From IMG/VR virus record IMGVR_UViG_3300005056_000002, positions 1 to 64,000 of that record: a DNA stretch of 64,000 nucleotides; one strand, 5' to 3'. Source of the stretch: a virus. The translations under genes and the position numbers were made by a program. This document shows, one piece after another, positions 58,001-62,743 of the stretch (positions within the stretch are counted from its first letter, which is position 1; every line of letters begins with the position of its first letter). Below the pieces are notes generated by a model, which was not told the origin of the DNA, did not search any database, and saw nothing but the letters and a program-made list of their open reading frames with translations.

Positions 58001-58534
58001 GGTTTAGCTACCTCCACGTCTGCTATATTAAAGGGGCTGACAAGAAGTGCAACGTTAGGTTATGCTTTCAAGAGTCATGACTTTAAAGCTGCAATGGAAG
58101 GTACTGATTTAACTGATAACGATGCTGCTAATCTTAGAAAGACTATGACAGAAGCAATTATGTACTTGACGTTAGGTGGTAGTTACTTAATGCTGAAAAG
58201 CTTTAAGGATGGACTAGACGATGATGATGATAGAAAGTATGTATTGAACTTACTTCTTAATCAGACTGGTAGACTTAAGACTGATATCTTGTTTTACTTA
58301 GACCCTAGGGAAACTAAGAACTTGATGAAAGACTTAATACCTGTTACAAGTCTTATTACTGATACCTTTCAAATGGTGGATGCTATAGCACAGTTTGCTA
58401 TGGGTGAAGATGATGTTAAAGGCGGTATTTACAAAGGTGATAGTAGGTTGTTAAGAGAAGTTCTTCAATCTATGCCACTAGGAACACAGGCATATAAGTC
58501 GGTGAACTACGTGTCTCAAACATTTGAGAAGTAG
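43079..58534 (+). CDS. giant polyvalent virion protein (5151 aa) with ART-like domain and two-barrel RNA polymerase-like module
   Basis: Single stop-free 15,456-nt ORF with an ATG start 6 nt after the upstream stop. Gly/Ala-rich hydrophobic N-terminal segments. ART-like YHGT..GFWFT..EYVVFDP block (aa ~1490-1615). beta-prime-like RIPT..(39 aa)..GSDFDADK (aa 2887-2931). Hydrophobic segments near the C-terminus. Followed by a bidirectional terminator. Confidence 0.85.
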   Translation: MGKQKSKAVNTNSLFGGLDTTNTTTPDDTGGLLAGMSAFKRGTFSTLENTDKGVDLDNYKHLGEGLINFGSVEQANTTRARNQSNWEQVYHAGAKFLPNVALEILNQAGSILDVEDYFNSDDELGNWLSTWATEQKAASNARSPIYRENEGEALDFGDFAWWMENGSSLVESVTAFAAVGFATGGANLAALNRGAKALEFFKVLGKGKAAASGTKAAIQGAATVNNAFLLNHAEGMGIATSVYATVYKRELEKLQAAGNKDADALAKKKAAKQGESALSANRINMVLNLSSASLFMKTPALTRQVRKAVSSKKNISRAVGEGFQESGEETINMLAEKQALDDDYGFTKGLEDVLSKEGFEAQLLGFVGGAGQTGLTNAGRRLKLRKDEKGSRISDNTLQNRAYAKQKESLDKIAEMSKGEKLSTSSDAIMRSKEVFQLHREIDQAFEDGDTPKFEQLKGQLLSNQAYDAFSNGTTEQLINVFKGIKDMDVEAAGDKGMDVKTYKDQATEAIDFIEGLEVEFNKSQAFVNAADVYSNRARNTQLRTRKAKLEANLPKIVEEVKQDLADLGVKEEEIEIDGQLAFKIKTKKNIEGLASLADYKASLGEIREIRRTQTRLGQRHLKLTSAEEQTKIKEKIRKGQEELAEEALEDELAPVKKKATEQKAAVVQTAEDNKVVKAQEDAAAAIAKANPTAPAAPTTDQSYTFKSDNPGLVTVVDGANKVMASKVPTKSKIESLKRGIAHLTKNAHLEGMSGIIAQHTEAIRVLEAEEEAQQAQQAQSSMDNSDIDSALDGLANDMSPDEFDGDVALEQDSYDGDQDPISQDKEEQIVGQVRKLIHALNVMEDAGLDTSNFKVVSDRLQKTVGEEKHHKIFEKFKSLYNLTGQSPVPVVDTYESLYFTDAENEAIASNDQIVRADSILNDFYSHTAFGFKLEEKRALKEYIESQGYKVNAKENVTEADSFKIVEAYNKVAHLDKKFKNHVEVTSVKFNVLDFVTSKQDIDRELNDAVDEVLLDPSILKKGEAITFKVLDEVIYEDGTIVTKEGTVTKDGETVNRKPSEIAPIAIFYKGEQIKGAYLHTMDWVNDANIAESGDVARQRRYLSSIRQAVLDAGLDGITSKVSERSDGWLLADPKGAKNLVSINLPKVQIGIGKDGFVETGELTIANVDGKDIQNGMPYAVITTGSNEQRALPIQPIQIKEHPEYIESMVNAVKMYFANDPNDTRVNKLAEETGINIRSIKGLEQYLNKFIHLYPYKDSKTGKSYYKFNDFKKLLNSKDDNLSMVRIVGDNLEFGRGFDVGGAVGFLNRQILNQLPADKRKATIEKGIEKFTNVISNNSYMNVNKDAMLKDFQLPLITDTDVNVTTSSYDDFIKQHLRSSFYSHTLPNGKEIYTIQSNIEFDTSFAVNEKPVRTDTAVETPMIEVAAPKVVTSGDTTYTFSTEEFNEEDLDPVIDDTGSISDIFNNTPDLAKAGTVQEYLDYLGTVFPNSEVSYPLYHGTKNKFKTFDVNTWNNETDKIFHSKGFWFTHFEEEAENYGGIIKTVLVDIKKPHRKPVGFNAKNERVFADQVDDVTIALEQGNDSAILDINEGGLDGESPVTEYVVFDPKQIHTLGSKEDIEGFKKYTTVDLDPTIISDERLAELKGTTPKSLLIQGVHINIQNTVVDHLTANFLKSTLKDGDSSAAFNSFVAFKDTLKSAREHYNDARKSDDANQARVGERYHGIVSALYNNYDSLIDLAVNKLSKVNGLNVKLEGKTMDLLAERLDFDSADSNAISEDGELKEYNNWANDDVFRENIKEKMSTSVKNFFSAIDDAQVKDGVIVPVKGFLGITKTVSFDAVINDLNAILSYHNDISEGSVITPTFDNMVEVIENWVDKKPYLQNVLEALDDADEKIKNEFVSVMSKHYTHHIYVLKNKDGKFFVNNSDANNIVETIQTKWMNNLYDNDLIQENDGTFVVDGEKVAELEIEVEGLIQDLKSNSPDKYKTGSSVLKKLGFGFEDALVKHLIDNGVKYSKNHHVLLHMLTSSDGAIKLYLNNLKAISGKDVQANHPFADNTALKGFAREIGKSFPTYFASSFKDVRGRTYFGYSSNKFLTDRVRELKSNEYLLRRLQKQPFTANSLWGNALLNDSKFKKYFGYFTYDGTTTVGKEVGKKLEQSSPAEVEQAKVALFFSMRKGRDFIIRLFYPTTSNKTVQPGLQVLGKDWADGTNNGQLRKNQQHELFEILVQPEINRILSIQDDADKHNIKGYEEGGRMFNMLPALNNVKELWEKDGKLKTNINSDAKLKAVVLSEIRQYINSAVSDKLSKWDSYGLIETKEEVQMVEGDRVWMETPRALIVTGKDPKAEAFNFVVNYLVANVNIYQTFITDPAFYFKSKQWKTVVAREGVQETVNTRQGALKHYNKEDWLQEHEDIFNNIGKRLAADAAPGTDLPNSVNDSFVLGYLRDSEREVYLMEYYTALLGAEGATDYLAANSTDAQEFTTLSEHLHVLVLQGKLSTEDKVRLEGLEISGSTLLTKDIAQIFQPVKPVYVANHWKNDIEHRIYVKSSSFPLIKQLTRNLEIDKLRVAMVEQKVDRIAFESAVKVGGTNTGTQIYTDNEGTVSKSIKIDTIGRLSREGFKIQQEIPYDENKQSINDGTQQIKLLTANLRDIKGFKVRGDDSSHTGQSIQDLLDKSYKAIYDEHYTNLVADIEYDEINNTLNTDKLAELLRKEAVTRGYPLYDIAALDTYVDQHGETKFIVPLWLTGVSGKLEAMLNSIVDSRVRKLKPKGKSYTLGASEGFKPVKQGKDAQDTINNTTGIVWDAEWFGRTDGQLQPMRIEDANGNVMGSEGFDKATGFVKYAEILVPFKFKDDKGKLVKVEDYTNEDGTMDMTKLSPELLNMFGFRIPTQYLNSMSAIKVVGFLPKSSGDLLLAPADWAVQMGSDFDADKLYSNSYNTSFDSETGALSIYEGDSVIKTMENHILDLHFSIMGNKDAEVQRRILKPLDFGMLKDLADEIYGFSTGRSKGYGMTEEYQSFKYLNARAGKAGIGVFSTDNTFIAAVQNKGIFLQKREGTSIQAYSIRLGGQDSNMISDTEVNVKGANRDKTDVISAFQSLAVDDENEQGLFKLNINTSTFDAIRTLVMSGFEEDIISYFINQPIIKKYTELKVQADDSLSPLKEIEIPAKIAELFPITDTTLDVNGTDFKLKYGNTSKAELLRVISGGEADVNRQRALFNLFTEVTEFGKNIQFVQSTINTHSAGLGKDLFYSTIKAQQVNSLQNYSVVANADKLIGEYMQLDGSGASGWGKANDTEKLKMITDLRAEGYMPTTEVKVKGDFKAAVTLIKPTTLAGFTTTNALNLNNKMWSRFFPYGNRGIDTVIDALKVHIGKGTSLGSQSDNSRQAFSVIKSYLAVTGMGTYTDGDVLSERNRLMIDTKDNKSLASIIHLLRNTNKISNDFINRLELDLKKEVLPSNIVYKASVAENVDERMINASFAAMLLNNTTVLGEFNGITYTPQKLAQDLITQQLLMGGVQKSNQFIKYIPINYLVNAGYYAKLDNTNFEDAHLFNGNAITSQYLQHNPDKVQVKGLDVGFEFFEKKTIVRKTSEGDAFMDGVFSIKNPKAVSGYDIYFFNEVSDQWEQKDTLGLKDLLEYNNEGSYGESIIKSNQVPKVKTVDLPTDPTKVNKILEVAKVNEKGPDVISEPNNESLNDFYNLKSNEDIVTKLSYIFNKIQTTNKDPYHQLMATEIGKNLDKISDYKFIINRNLKAKGSHSLKDKTIQINPTKFRGREQFESTIIEEVIHALTKKAINDNKTGEVLRLKGLLNVAQEAVKEHLASLNLDPEMEFAKVIYAMKRGEALTPFQGNVIYPVINEAEFIGRLFKSKKLQELLNNKEGNLDDKSLLAKVWDYVIEILNSVGLDIKKGSALEYAVKDILSLINLETPPSSVTGEIARTQQKERTPDFIVNKFNLLNEDGSQREVDNAQEVADWVNLHTSNLEAKVVKGYVVIENKPRYNDQFTLDLDPDTIEEKQKGKASPLLRAYNNRMKNLEKLINKAEVQGDYQRSERLKDQLEIVTEKRNETVTISSLRNIENTDLYYKGQQDMEEVKEMLKSTLTLEDTLYIRKIIHFWKKATTVLFDEQDRNSSKLMEDFKSIEKDAEVLEDLLVKEETKFMNSFIRKHGKDISVADIFAHFKDINGLSSRTLDISRSGNELLNSVFKAVKEANIDALDETNEVLKDLQDMEDSIRPILKEMGHTELYDVFRQRTADGNLTGHLVKRINRDFSRGFNSQLNSLRDLNNVDGFKAMLNWGRENLKAVKLEYLIKPNQLSKEDQALAKTYREELKAELGAVHYAEYVGQQAEMVNLYQKKLDSKLRNIAEDANVKPSEIYTDVKLKKELDTWVAKNSPYMANQYLEGSFPKVAGDAKGFNNFDFVIPLPKDANGYDANYKKIESNPKLLAFYKYYNKIDAEMQMYLPDDVKRSLAYTGVPHIGKTILELFKDKGMKVGLAPIWDEIRKSIRIVEEDVISTGTIDPVTNKVESGVAIKLTKENGAEINKHTALKALEYRTKTSQEATVEMMQKWRAEKIHELATLKSFDLGKILKVYTMTTLAYKHKSKIEDSVQLAQNILESQEEYQRTEIGKIKTDTEGNLIKNTSDNSFKNLKFQFEYFVDKFKGKSNPVEGVTTKVVLTSEEKKEKKEMEALKGALDKSLDAGTISKIDHGNSITTLDGYIDELGGVAVQSKRVDNALKWVQLTKMGWNVMSSISNVGFGYIANRIEASGGEHYTGKQLTDAYKLTGHSLWKNATFNTQETETAKKIRSIMDGWDILKDASHELFSKPLDVSLGRKTKWLSPYNVTQRTEYINQAPIMIAMMMNTKIKTDKGDVTLWDGFGKDGKWDSSKGNVEASLLAETTKTLRMKIDQVNKMNHGNYDPTSALALKKNVLGRAVSQFRTWMFEGYAIRFEKAKKDAVLGDRKGRYVSTKDFFSQVGLATSTSAILKGLTRSATLGYAFKSHDFKAAMEGTDLTDNDAANLRKTMTEAIMYLTLGGSYLMLKSFKDGLDDDDDRKYVLNLLLNQTGRLKTDILFYLDPRETKNLMKDLIPVTSLITDTFQMVDAIAQFAMGEDDVKGGIYKGDSRLLREVLQSMPLGTQAYKSVNYVSQTFEK
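45039..45065 (-). repeat. ACTCC-N-ACAGGG motif copy (antisense inside giant gene)
   Basis: Reverse complement reads GCTCCGTAGCCTTCTTCTTTACAGGGG, spacer 15. Confidence 0.7.
47546..47923 (+). other. ADP-ribosyltransferase-like (ART-PolyVal-like) domain
   Basis: SYPLYHGTKNKFKTFDV...SKGFWFTHFEEEAENYG...VTEYVVFDPKQIHTLGS gives an H / aromatic-x-(S/T) / E arrangement of the H-Y-E ART clade as found in polyvalent phage/ICE proteins. Recognised by eye only. Confidence 0.5.
48017..48044 (+). repeat. ACTCC-N-ACAGGG motif copy (giant gene, phase 0, just after ART-like domain)
   Basis: ACTCCAAAGTCTCTGCTTATACAGGGGG, spacer 15. Confidence 0.8.
50075..50101 (+). repeat. ACTCC-N-ACAGGG motif copy (giant gene, phase 0)
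   Basis: ACTCCACGTGCTCTTATTGTTACAGGG, spacer 16. Confidence 0.7.
50801..50842 (+). other. possible beta-like barrel lysine motif
   Basis: VDRIAFESAVKVGG (aa 2575-2588), about 340 aa upstream of DFDAD. Compare the RHGNKG-type motif of RNAP beta. Weak. Confidence 0.25.
51725..51880 (+). other. beta-prime-like double-psi beta-barrel with DxDxD catalytic motif
   Basis: MFGFRIPTQYLNSMSAIKVVGFLPKSSGDLLLAPADWAVQMGSDFDADKLYSN. Compare E. coli beta-prime [43 protein letters not shown]. D2926/D2928/D2930 lie at 51854..51868. Confidence 0.6.
54851..54875 (+). repeat. ACTCC-N-ACAGGG motif copy (giant gene, phase 0, linker-like region)
   Basis: ACTCCACCTTCTTCTGTTACAGGGG, spacer 13. Encodes TPPSSVTG. 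Confidence 0.85.
56629..56651 (-). repeat. ACTCC-N-ACAGGG motif copy (antisense inside giant gene)
   Basis: Reverse complement reads ACTCCACTTTATTCGTTACAGGG, spacer 12. Closely resembles the 3604 copy. Confidence 0.65.
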
Positions 58535-58558
58535 GCTAAAACCAACCTAGAATGAATG

Positions 58559-58597
58559 AAAAAGGAGCAAAACCGTAATGGTTCTGCTCCTTTTTTT
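58559..58597. terminator. bidirectional intrinsic terminator between convergent blocks
   Basis: AAAAA-GGAGCAaAACC-gtaat-GGTTcTGCTCC-TTTTTTT. A 12-bp stem with one mismatch, A-run upstream and T-run downstream. Sits between the giant gene (+) and 58733..59149 (-). Confidence 0.8.
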
Positions 58598-58732
58598 ATT
58601 TAATAAGTACTCACTTAACCGATACTTCGTTCGGGTACTCTCGCCCTCGGTGGGAATCATAGACAAGCTTTGGACACTTTACTCCCGATTCTATGACTAG
58701 TGATAAACCCGCTAGTTTTACCTATTAGTTTA

Positions 58733-59149
58733 CTATGCGAAGTATGGGATTAACTGAACCTCAACATACTCATTATTTACTTTTCTTCTTACTGTAGCTC
58801 TAGTTACAGTCTTAATTACTTTACCATCTTTATCTTTAGTAACAACAGTCCTTAGTTTAGGACTAATTGCAATCTCACCATCTGGTAGTTGAAACCTAAG
58901 TAATACATCTAGGTTCTCCTGTAAGTGGTCTCTTTGGAATTGCTTAGAGCGACTTAACGCTGCTGTTTGGTTCATAAGCCCTTTATTCAGTTCAGCCAAG
59001 TCACCAATCTCTACTGCTCTCTTTAATACCTCTTTTTCTAATCTACTTATATCTTTTGATAAGAGCTTATTTTGTCTATTCCTTTTAAGTAAAGCATCTA
59101 TCATACCTACTAATATTAATCCCACTATAATATAACTAATCCAATCCAT
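58733..59149 (-). CDS. N-terminally anchored coiled-coil protein (138 aa)
   Basis: TM MDWISYIIVGLILVGMIDALL then a charged helix. ATG overlaps the stop of 59149..59868. Confidence 0.55.
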   Translation of the reverse strand: MDWISYIIVGLILVGMIDALLKRNRQNKLLSKDISRLEKEVLKRAVEIGDLAELNKGLMNQTAALSRSKQFQRDHLQENLDVLLRFQLPDGEIAISPKLRTVVTKDKDGKVIKTVTRATVRRKVNNEYVEVQLIPYFA

Positions 59150-59868
59150 TATCTTTTGTTTAAGTGTTTAATAATTATTTCTTCAATGTCGGGGTTAACA
59201 TAACCTACAGGTTTAAGTACCTCTTGGGTAACTATATCCTTAACAGCTATGTAACCATTCTTTAAATCAACAGAGACTACTTCTCTACCAATTTCTTTGT
59301 ACTGTTTTACAGTATCGGATAACGTAGTTACGTACCCTGCTGCATCATTCTTTATCAACTTGTCCATGTGCCCTTTGTGAATAGCCTTAACCAATTCCTT
59401 TTGTATAAGTGTTAGGTTAAAGGTATTAAAAGCACTATAGGTTGCAAATAATACTTCTGATAGAGACTTAGCAACCTTAGTTATTGTAGGGCTACTATCT
59501 TCTAGTTTGGCAGTATTAAATACATCTATGAACATAGCGTAAAGTTCATTATTATTATATCCTAGTCCTTTCCCTAGTAACATAATTTCTCTTAGTAATA
59601 TCTTGAAATTTACCTCTTTATACTTGAAGTCTTCCACTATATGGGTTTCTTCTTTAGCTAAGTGAATGGTATTGTTTGCTTCTATTACTAAGTCGAAATC
59701 AGTCTTAGGTATAAGGTCTACTACATGTAGTAGTATCTGATATATTTGTAATGGGTTAAGGGCTTCAACTATTGGAATTGTTCTATCTGTATCTGTACTT
59801 ACAGGTAGTACTACCTTTTGTAAACCGTTATATAAGTGGTCAATTAATTCCTGCTTGTTTGTCGCCAT
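59149..59868 (-). CDS. hypothetical protein (239 aa)
   Basis: ATG ORF, first gene after the minus-strand terminator at 59955..59983. Confidence 0.6.
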   Translation of the reverse strand: MATNKQELIDHLYNGLQKVVLPVSTDTDRTIPIVEALNPLQIYQILLHVVDLIPKTDFDLVIEANNTIHLAKEETHIVEDFKYKEVNFKILLREIMLLGKGLGYNNNELYAMFIDVFNTAKLEDSSPTITKVAKSLSEVLFATYSAFNTFNLTLIQKELVKAIHKGHMDKLIKNDAAGYVTTLSDTVKQYKEIGREVVSVDLKNGYIAVKDIVTQEVLKPVGYVNPDIEEIIIKHLNKR

Positions 59869-59954
59869 TTTCTTTAGTTTTCTTTTCTACTATTCTCCAA
59901 TACATTTCAAGGGTAGCCGCTGCTTCACAGTACTCCCCAAAATCGTCTATAGCC

Positions 59955-59983
59955 AAAAAAGGCTCTATCTTGTCGATAGAGCC
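59955..59983 (-). terminator. intrinsic terminator after 60006..60485
   Basis: Stem GGCTCTATC (59961..59969) / GATAGAGCC (59975..59983). On the minus strand it is followed by TTTTTT (59955..59960). Confidence 0.75.
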
Positions 59984-60005
59984 TCTTATTAATTGTCTTT
60001 GAGTC

Positions 60006-60485
60006 TTACTGCTCATTAGTATCTATGATACAAGCTAAGTTCATAGGATGCATTAATACTACAGCAAACTTCTGATAGCATAACTCTCTAAGGGTAGAAC
60101 CTTCTGCGAATTTACCTGTTTCAGTATTCTTTAATCCTTCTAATACTATATCAGAAAAACCATCTAATAGCTTGTTAGAAGTTAATATCTTAGTTACTTC
60201 AAACCCACTATGGTTAGCTTTAAGATAAACTACATCACCTACTTGTGCTTCTCCTTCTGTTGGAGCATTTATTACTAAAAACCCTAAATCAGTAACAGCT
60301 CTAGTACTAGCGTCTAGTAAGTTCTTTTGCTTTCCAATCTCTATTGCCGATGGAGTAATAACAGGTGCAGCGCAGCCTATTAAAGTAATCAACCCGTTAA
60401 GAGGTTTTTTAAATACTTTTGCTAATGCTTTACCTTCTTCTACTGATGGTAGTGCTAACTTAAATTCTTTTTGATTATATGCCAT
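60006..60485 (-). CDS. hypothetical protein (159 aa)
   Basis: ATG ORF bracketed by a TAnnTTTG-type -7 box (60531..60538) and an intrinsic terminator (59955..59983). QVGDVVYLKANHSGFEV faintly recalls the GroES/gp31 VGDxVxF motif; not enough to call. Confidence 0.6.
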   Translation of the reverse strand: MAYNQKEFKLALPSVEEGKALAKVFKKPLNGLITLIGCAAPVITPSAIEIGKQKNLLDASTRAVTDLGFLVINAPTEGEAQVGDVVYLKANHSGFEVTKILTSNKLLDGFSDIVLEGLKNTETGKFAEGSTLRELCYQKFAVVLMHPMNLACIIDTNEQ

Positions 60486-60530
60486 GTTATTTAAAAATTT
60501 AAAATCATTATGTTAATATTAAAATGTTTA

Positions 60531-60538
60531 CAAATATA
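60531..60538 (-). promoter_or_regulatory. Bacteroidota-type -7 promoter box TATATTTG
   Basis: Reverse complement of CAAATATA matches TAnnTTTG exactly. Lies 46 nt upstream of ATG 60485 in an AT-rich spacer, with a TTTA (near TTTG) about 20 nt further upstream. Confidence 0.35.
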
Positions 60539-60546
60539 CCACTTAA

Positions 60547-61098
60547 TTACACACTAAAGCGTAATTGTGACTTTTTTAATTCTACAGGTGGGTTAGTATG
60601 TATCTCTCCTGCACCTTCTTCCCAACTAAATACAGGTAGACGTTCAAAGGTAACCACATAAGGCTTAAGACCGAACTTAATAACCTCGCCAGGTTTGTTT
60701 ACACTCTCCCAAGCTTTCTTAGTTACTTTAAGGTACTCTTTCCTTAACTTCAACTGTGCTGTAGCTTCCTTTACAATATCTGCTAAAGTATGGTATACAG
60801 GGTCTTCACACTCGTCCATAATCCATACAGTCGTATTAGCATCTACTATCTTAGTAGCACCAATATGAAATGTTGCTGAATCTTCTTTGTGTAATAATAC
60901 AGCTTCTTCCAAAGCCATTTTAGTCTCAGGGTCTTTAAGTGCCAATTCAGCTACCTTAGCCATCTTCTTTAAGCCTACCATAGCGGTAGCGGCATCTACC
61001 CCACTATCTTCATCTAGGATAAGTGCTTTAATATTAGCAAAGGTATCCTTAGCAGGCTGTACCATTAACTTGTTAAACGGTTGTACTTTGTTACTCAT
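60547..61098 (-). CDS. hypothetical protein (183 aa)
   Basis: ATG ORF with ATGA-type overlap to 61095..61295. Confidence 0.6.
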   Translation of the reverse strand: MSNKVQPFNKLMVQPAKDTFANIKALILDEDSGVDAATAMVGLKKMAKVAELALKDPETKMALEEAVLLHKEDSATFHIGATKIVDANTTVWIMDECEDPVYHTLADIVKEATAQLKLRKEYLKVTKKAWESVNKPGEVIKFGLKPYVVTFERLPVFSWEEGAGEIHTNPPVELKKSQLRFSV

Positions 61099-61295
61099 AA
61101 CTGTTCTTGAATTTTGTTATAGAATTGTTTTCGTTCTTCGGGGCTTTGTAATAAATCAGGATTACAACAAGAGAAGTCAGGGGTACATTCATCCTCTACT
61201 TGGTTATGTATGGGATTCCCGTCTACCCATTCCTCTAATTGCTCTTGCATCCTACCTATATAAGTAGGGTTTGATACTGCGGATTTCTTATTCAT
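61095..61295 (-). CDS. hypothetical small protein (66 aa)
   Basis: ATG ORF overlapping both neighbours by 4-8 nt. Contains CTPDFSCCNP. Confidence 0.5.
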   Translation of the reverse strand: MNKKSAVSNPTYIGRMQEQLEEWVDGNPIHNQVEDECTPDFSCCNPDLLQSPEERKQFYNKIQEQL

Positions 61296-62616
61296 AGTCT
61301 CTAATTAAGTTATCTATTACATGATAAGGTAAGTCTTTCTCAGTCCATTCATAGAAGGTACATGTTAAGTCCTTCCCTATTACTTCATGTGGGTTAGCTA
61401 AAATCCACATCTTATAAGCAGTGTCTTTACTTGGTGTAACATCAAAGTACAAACCTTTCTTAGTTACACACTGGTAATTCCCTAAACTCGGGTCTTTCTT
61501 TTGTGGTATAACAGCAGTAATGATAAACTCTTCATCCATTACTCTTTTAAGCTTAACTAAAGCTACAGGTCGTCCTCCAAAAGAATACATACCATCAGCT
61601 TGTCTAAACATACTACCTTCAAAACCAGCTTTAATAGCACCATCACAATGGGCTTGGGCTGCTTTATCATTCATGATAGTAACAGTAGGTATAAGCTTAA
61701 CAGGACAAGAATTATGGATTACTAGTTTAGGCTTAATATCAGCCGTAATCATCTTCCATCTTTCTAGGTTAGTAGCTTCTTCTATAGCTAAATCAAATAG
61801 TATAAAAACAACTCTAGGTGTATTAAGACTTACGTCATTAACAGCAGAAGATATAGTACCTAATATCTCCCCATGTATGTAAAGTTCTCCATCTAAGATA
61901 AGTTCCTCTCCTTCTCCAAAGATATCTCTATTTAGATTAAGGAAGTCATTAATATGAGTTACCTTATTATAAATCTTACCATCTTTACTCTTAATAACTA
62001 CTAAGTTATTAATGATTTGGATAGTACACCTAACTCCATTAATCTTAGGTTGACCAAGACAAGGGAACTTAGGAATGATAGAACCCTTCTCTTTCTCTAC
62101 ATGAGGGTTCTTCAAGTAATAATACTTTCTTTCCTTCCATAGTTTACCAGTAGGGTCAGTCCAGTTACTCTTCTTACGATAGTACTGTTGTGCCCTCATA
62201 GGCTTAGCATTACCATCCTTATCAGTACGATTCTTAGGTAAGAACTTGTTCAACTTAGTTAATAAGTCTGATAACCCTATGTCTTCTGTCATACTTGTGA
62301 ATCCCATTTGCATAGGTACATCAGGTGTGATATAAGAAGCAATAGCTTCATCTAAGGTCATATACCCTTTACGCTTCTTAGTATTAATAGTACTTTCAGC
62401 TTGTGATACTGCTTGTTCAAAAGGTGTAGTAGCGTTAGATTTACCAATGTTCTTCCCTCTAACGTTCCTTTCCCATCTTAGGGATTGTGCCCCTTCAAAT
62501 TGACCATAAGACTTCCTTATGTCTACTTGTAAACCAAGAGCCAATACTTCAATGCTCCATTGAAGTATGCTCCCATTAGCGGCTCTGGCGTATAATGTAT
62601 CAAACGCTTGGTTCAT
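61288..62616 (-). CDS. ATP-dependent DNA ligase
   Basis: Nucleotidyltransferase motifs in order: I QPKINGVRC (K191, KxDG-type with Asn), III LILDGELYI, IIIa VFILFDL, IV FEGSMFR, V ALVKLKR. Has an N-terminal ~85-aa extension ending KKRKGY. Confidence 0.85.
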   Translation of the reverse strand: MNQAFDTLYARAANGSILQWSIEVLALGLQVDIRKSYGQFEGAQSLRWERNVRGKNIGKSNATTPFEQAVSQAESTINTKKRKGYMTLDEAIASYITPDVPMQMGFTSMTEDIGLSDLLTKLNKFLPKNRTDKDGNAKPMRAQQYYRKKSNWTDPTGKLWKERKYYYLKNPHVEKEKGSIIPKFPCLGQPKINGVRCTIQIINNLVVIKSKDGKIYNKVTHINDFLNLNRDIFGEGEELILDGELYIHGEILGTISSAVNDVSLNTPRVVFILFDLAIEEATNLERWKMITADIKPKLVIHNSCPVKLIPTVTIMNDKAAQAHCDGAIKAGFEGSMFRQADGMYSFGGRPVALVKLKRVMDEEFIITAVIPQKKDPSLGNYQCVTKKGLYFDVTPSKDTAYKMWILANPHEVIGKDLTCTFYEWTEKDLPYHVIDNLIRDYE

Positions 62617-62743
62617 GGTTCTCTCTTAAATAAGATTCCATAGATAGCTGTTGTTCTGTACGGCTATTACTATTATAAGGTCTATCTACACCATGTCTCT
62701 CCATAGCTTCTATAATCTGTTCTATAGTTAATAAGTATTTCAT
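62600..62743 (-). CDS. small hypothetical protein (47 aa), not in ORF track
   Basis: Hand-found: MKYLLTIEQIIEAMERHGVDRPYNSNSRTEQQLSMESYLRENHEPSV. ATGA overlap with the stop of 62740..63441, and the 3' end overlaps the ligase start. Confidence 0.4.
   Translation of the reverse strand: MKYLLTIEQIIEAMERHGVDRPYNSNSRTEQQLSMESYLRENHEPSV

Noticed and set aside
58598-58732. GC-enriched 135-nt spacer after the bidirectional terminator, and a similar GC-rich spacer at 1238..1283 sharing GGTACTC, considered as an sRNA or tRNA
   Set aside because: Only short imperfect inverted repeats (AGTAC..GTACT, CCGA..TCGG) are present, with no cloverleaf and no convincing conserved structure. The shared 7-mer may be chance. 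Worth a covariance search only if relatives are available.
60006-60485. GroES/gp31-like co-chaperonin call for the 159-aa protein
   Set aside because: It rests only on a VGDVVYL..G motif. I could not align the size or the N-terminal region to Cpn10, so it is left as hypothetical.
59772-61882. Plus-strand ORFs 59772..60002, 60887..61267 and 61520..61882
   Set aside because: They are antisense to clean minus-strand genes (the ligase motifs confirm the minus frame), or they run through the terminator at 59955..59983.
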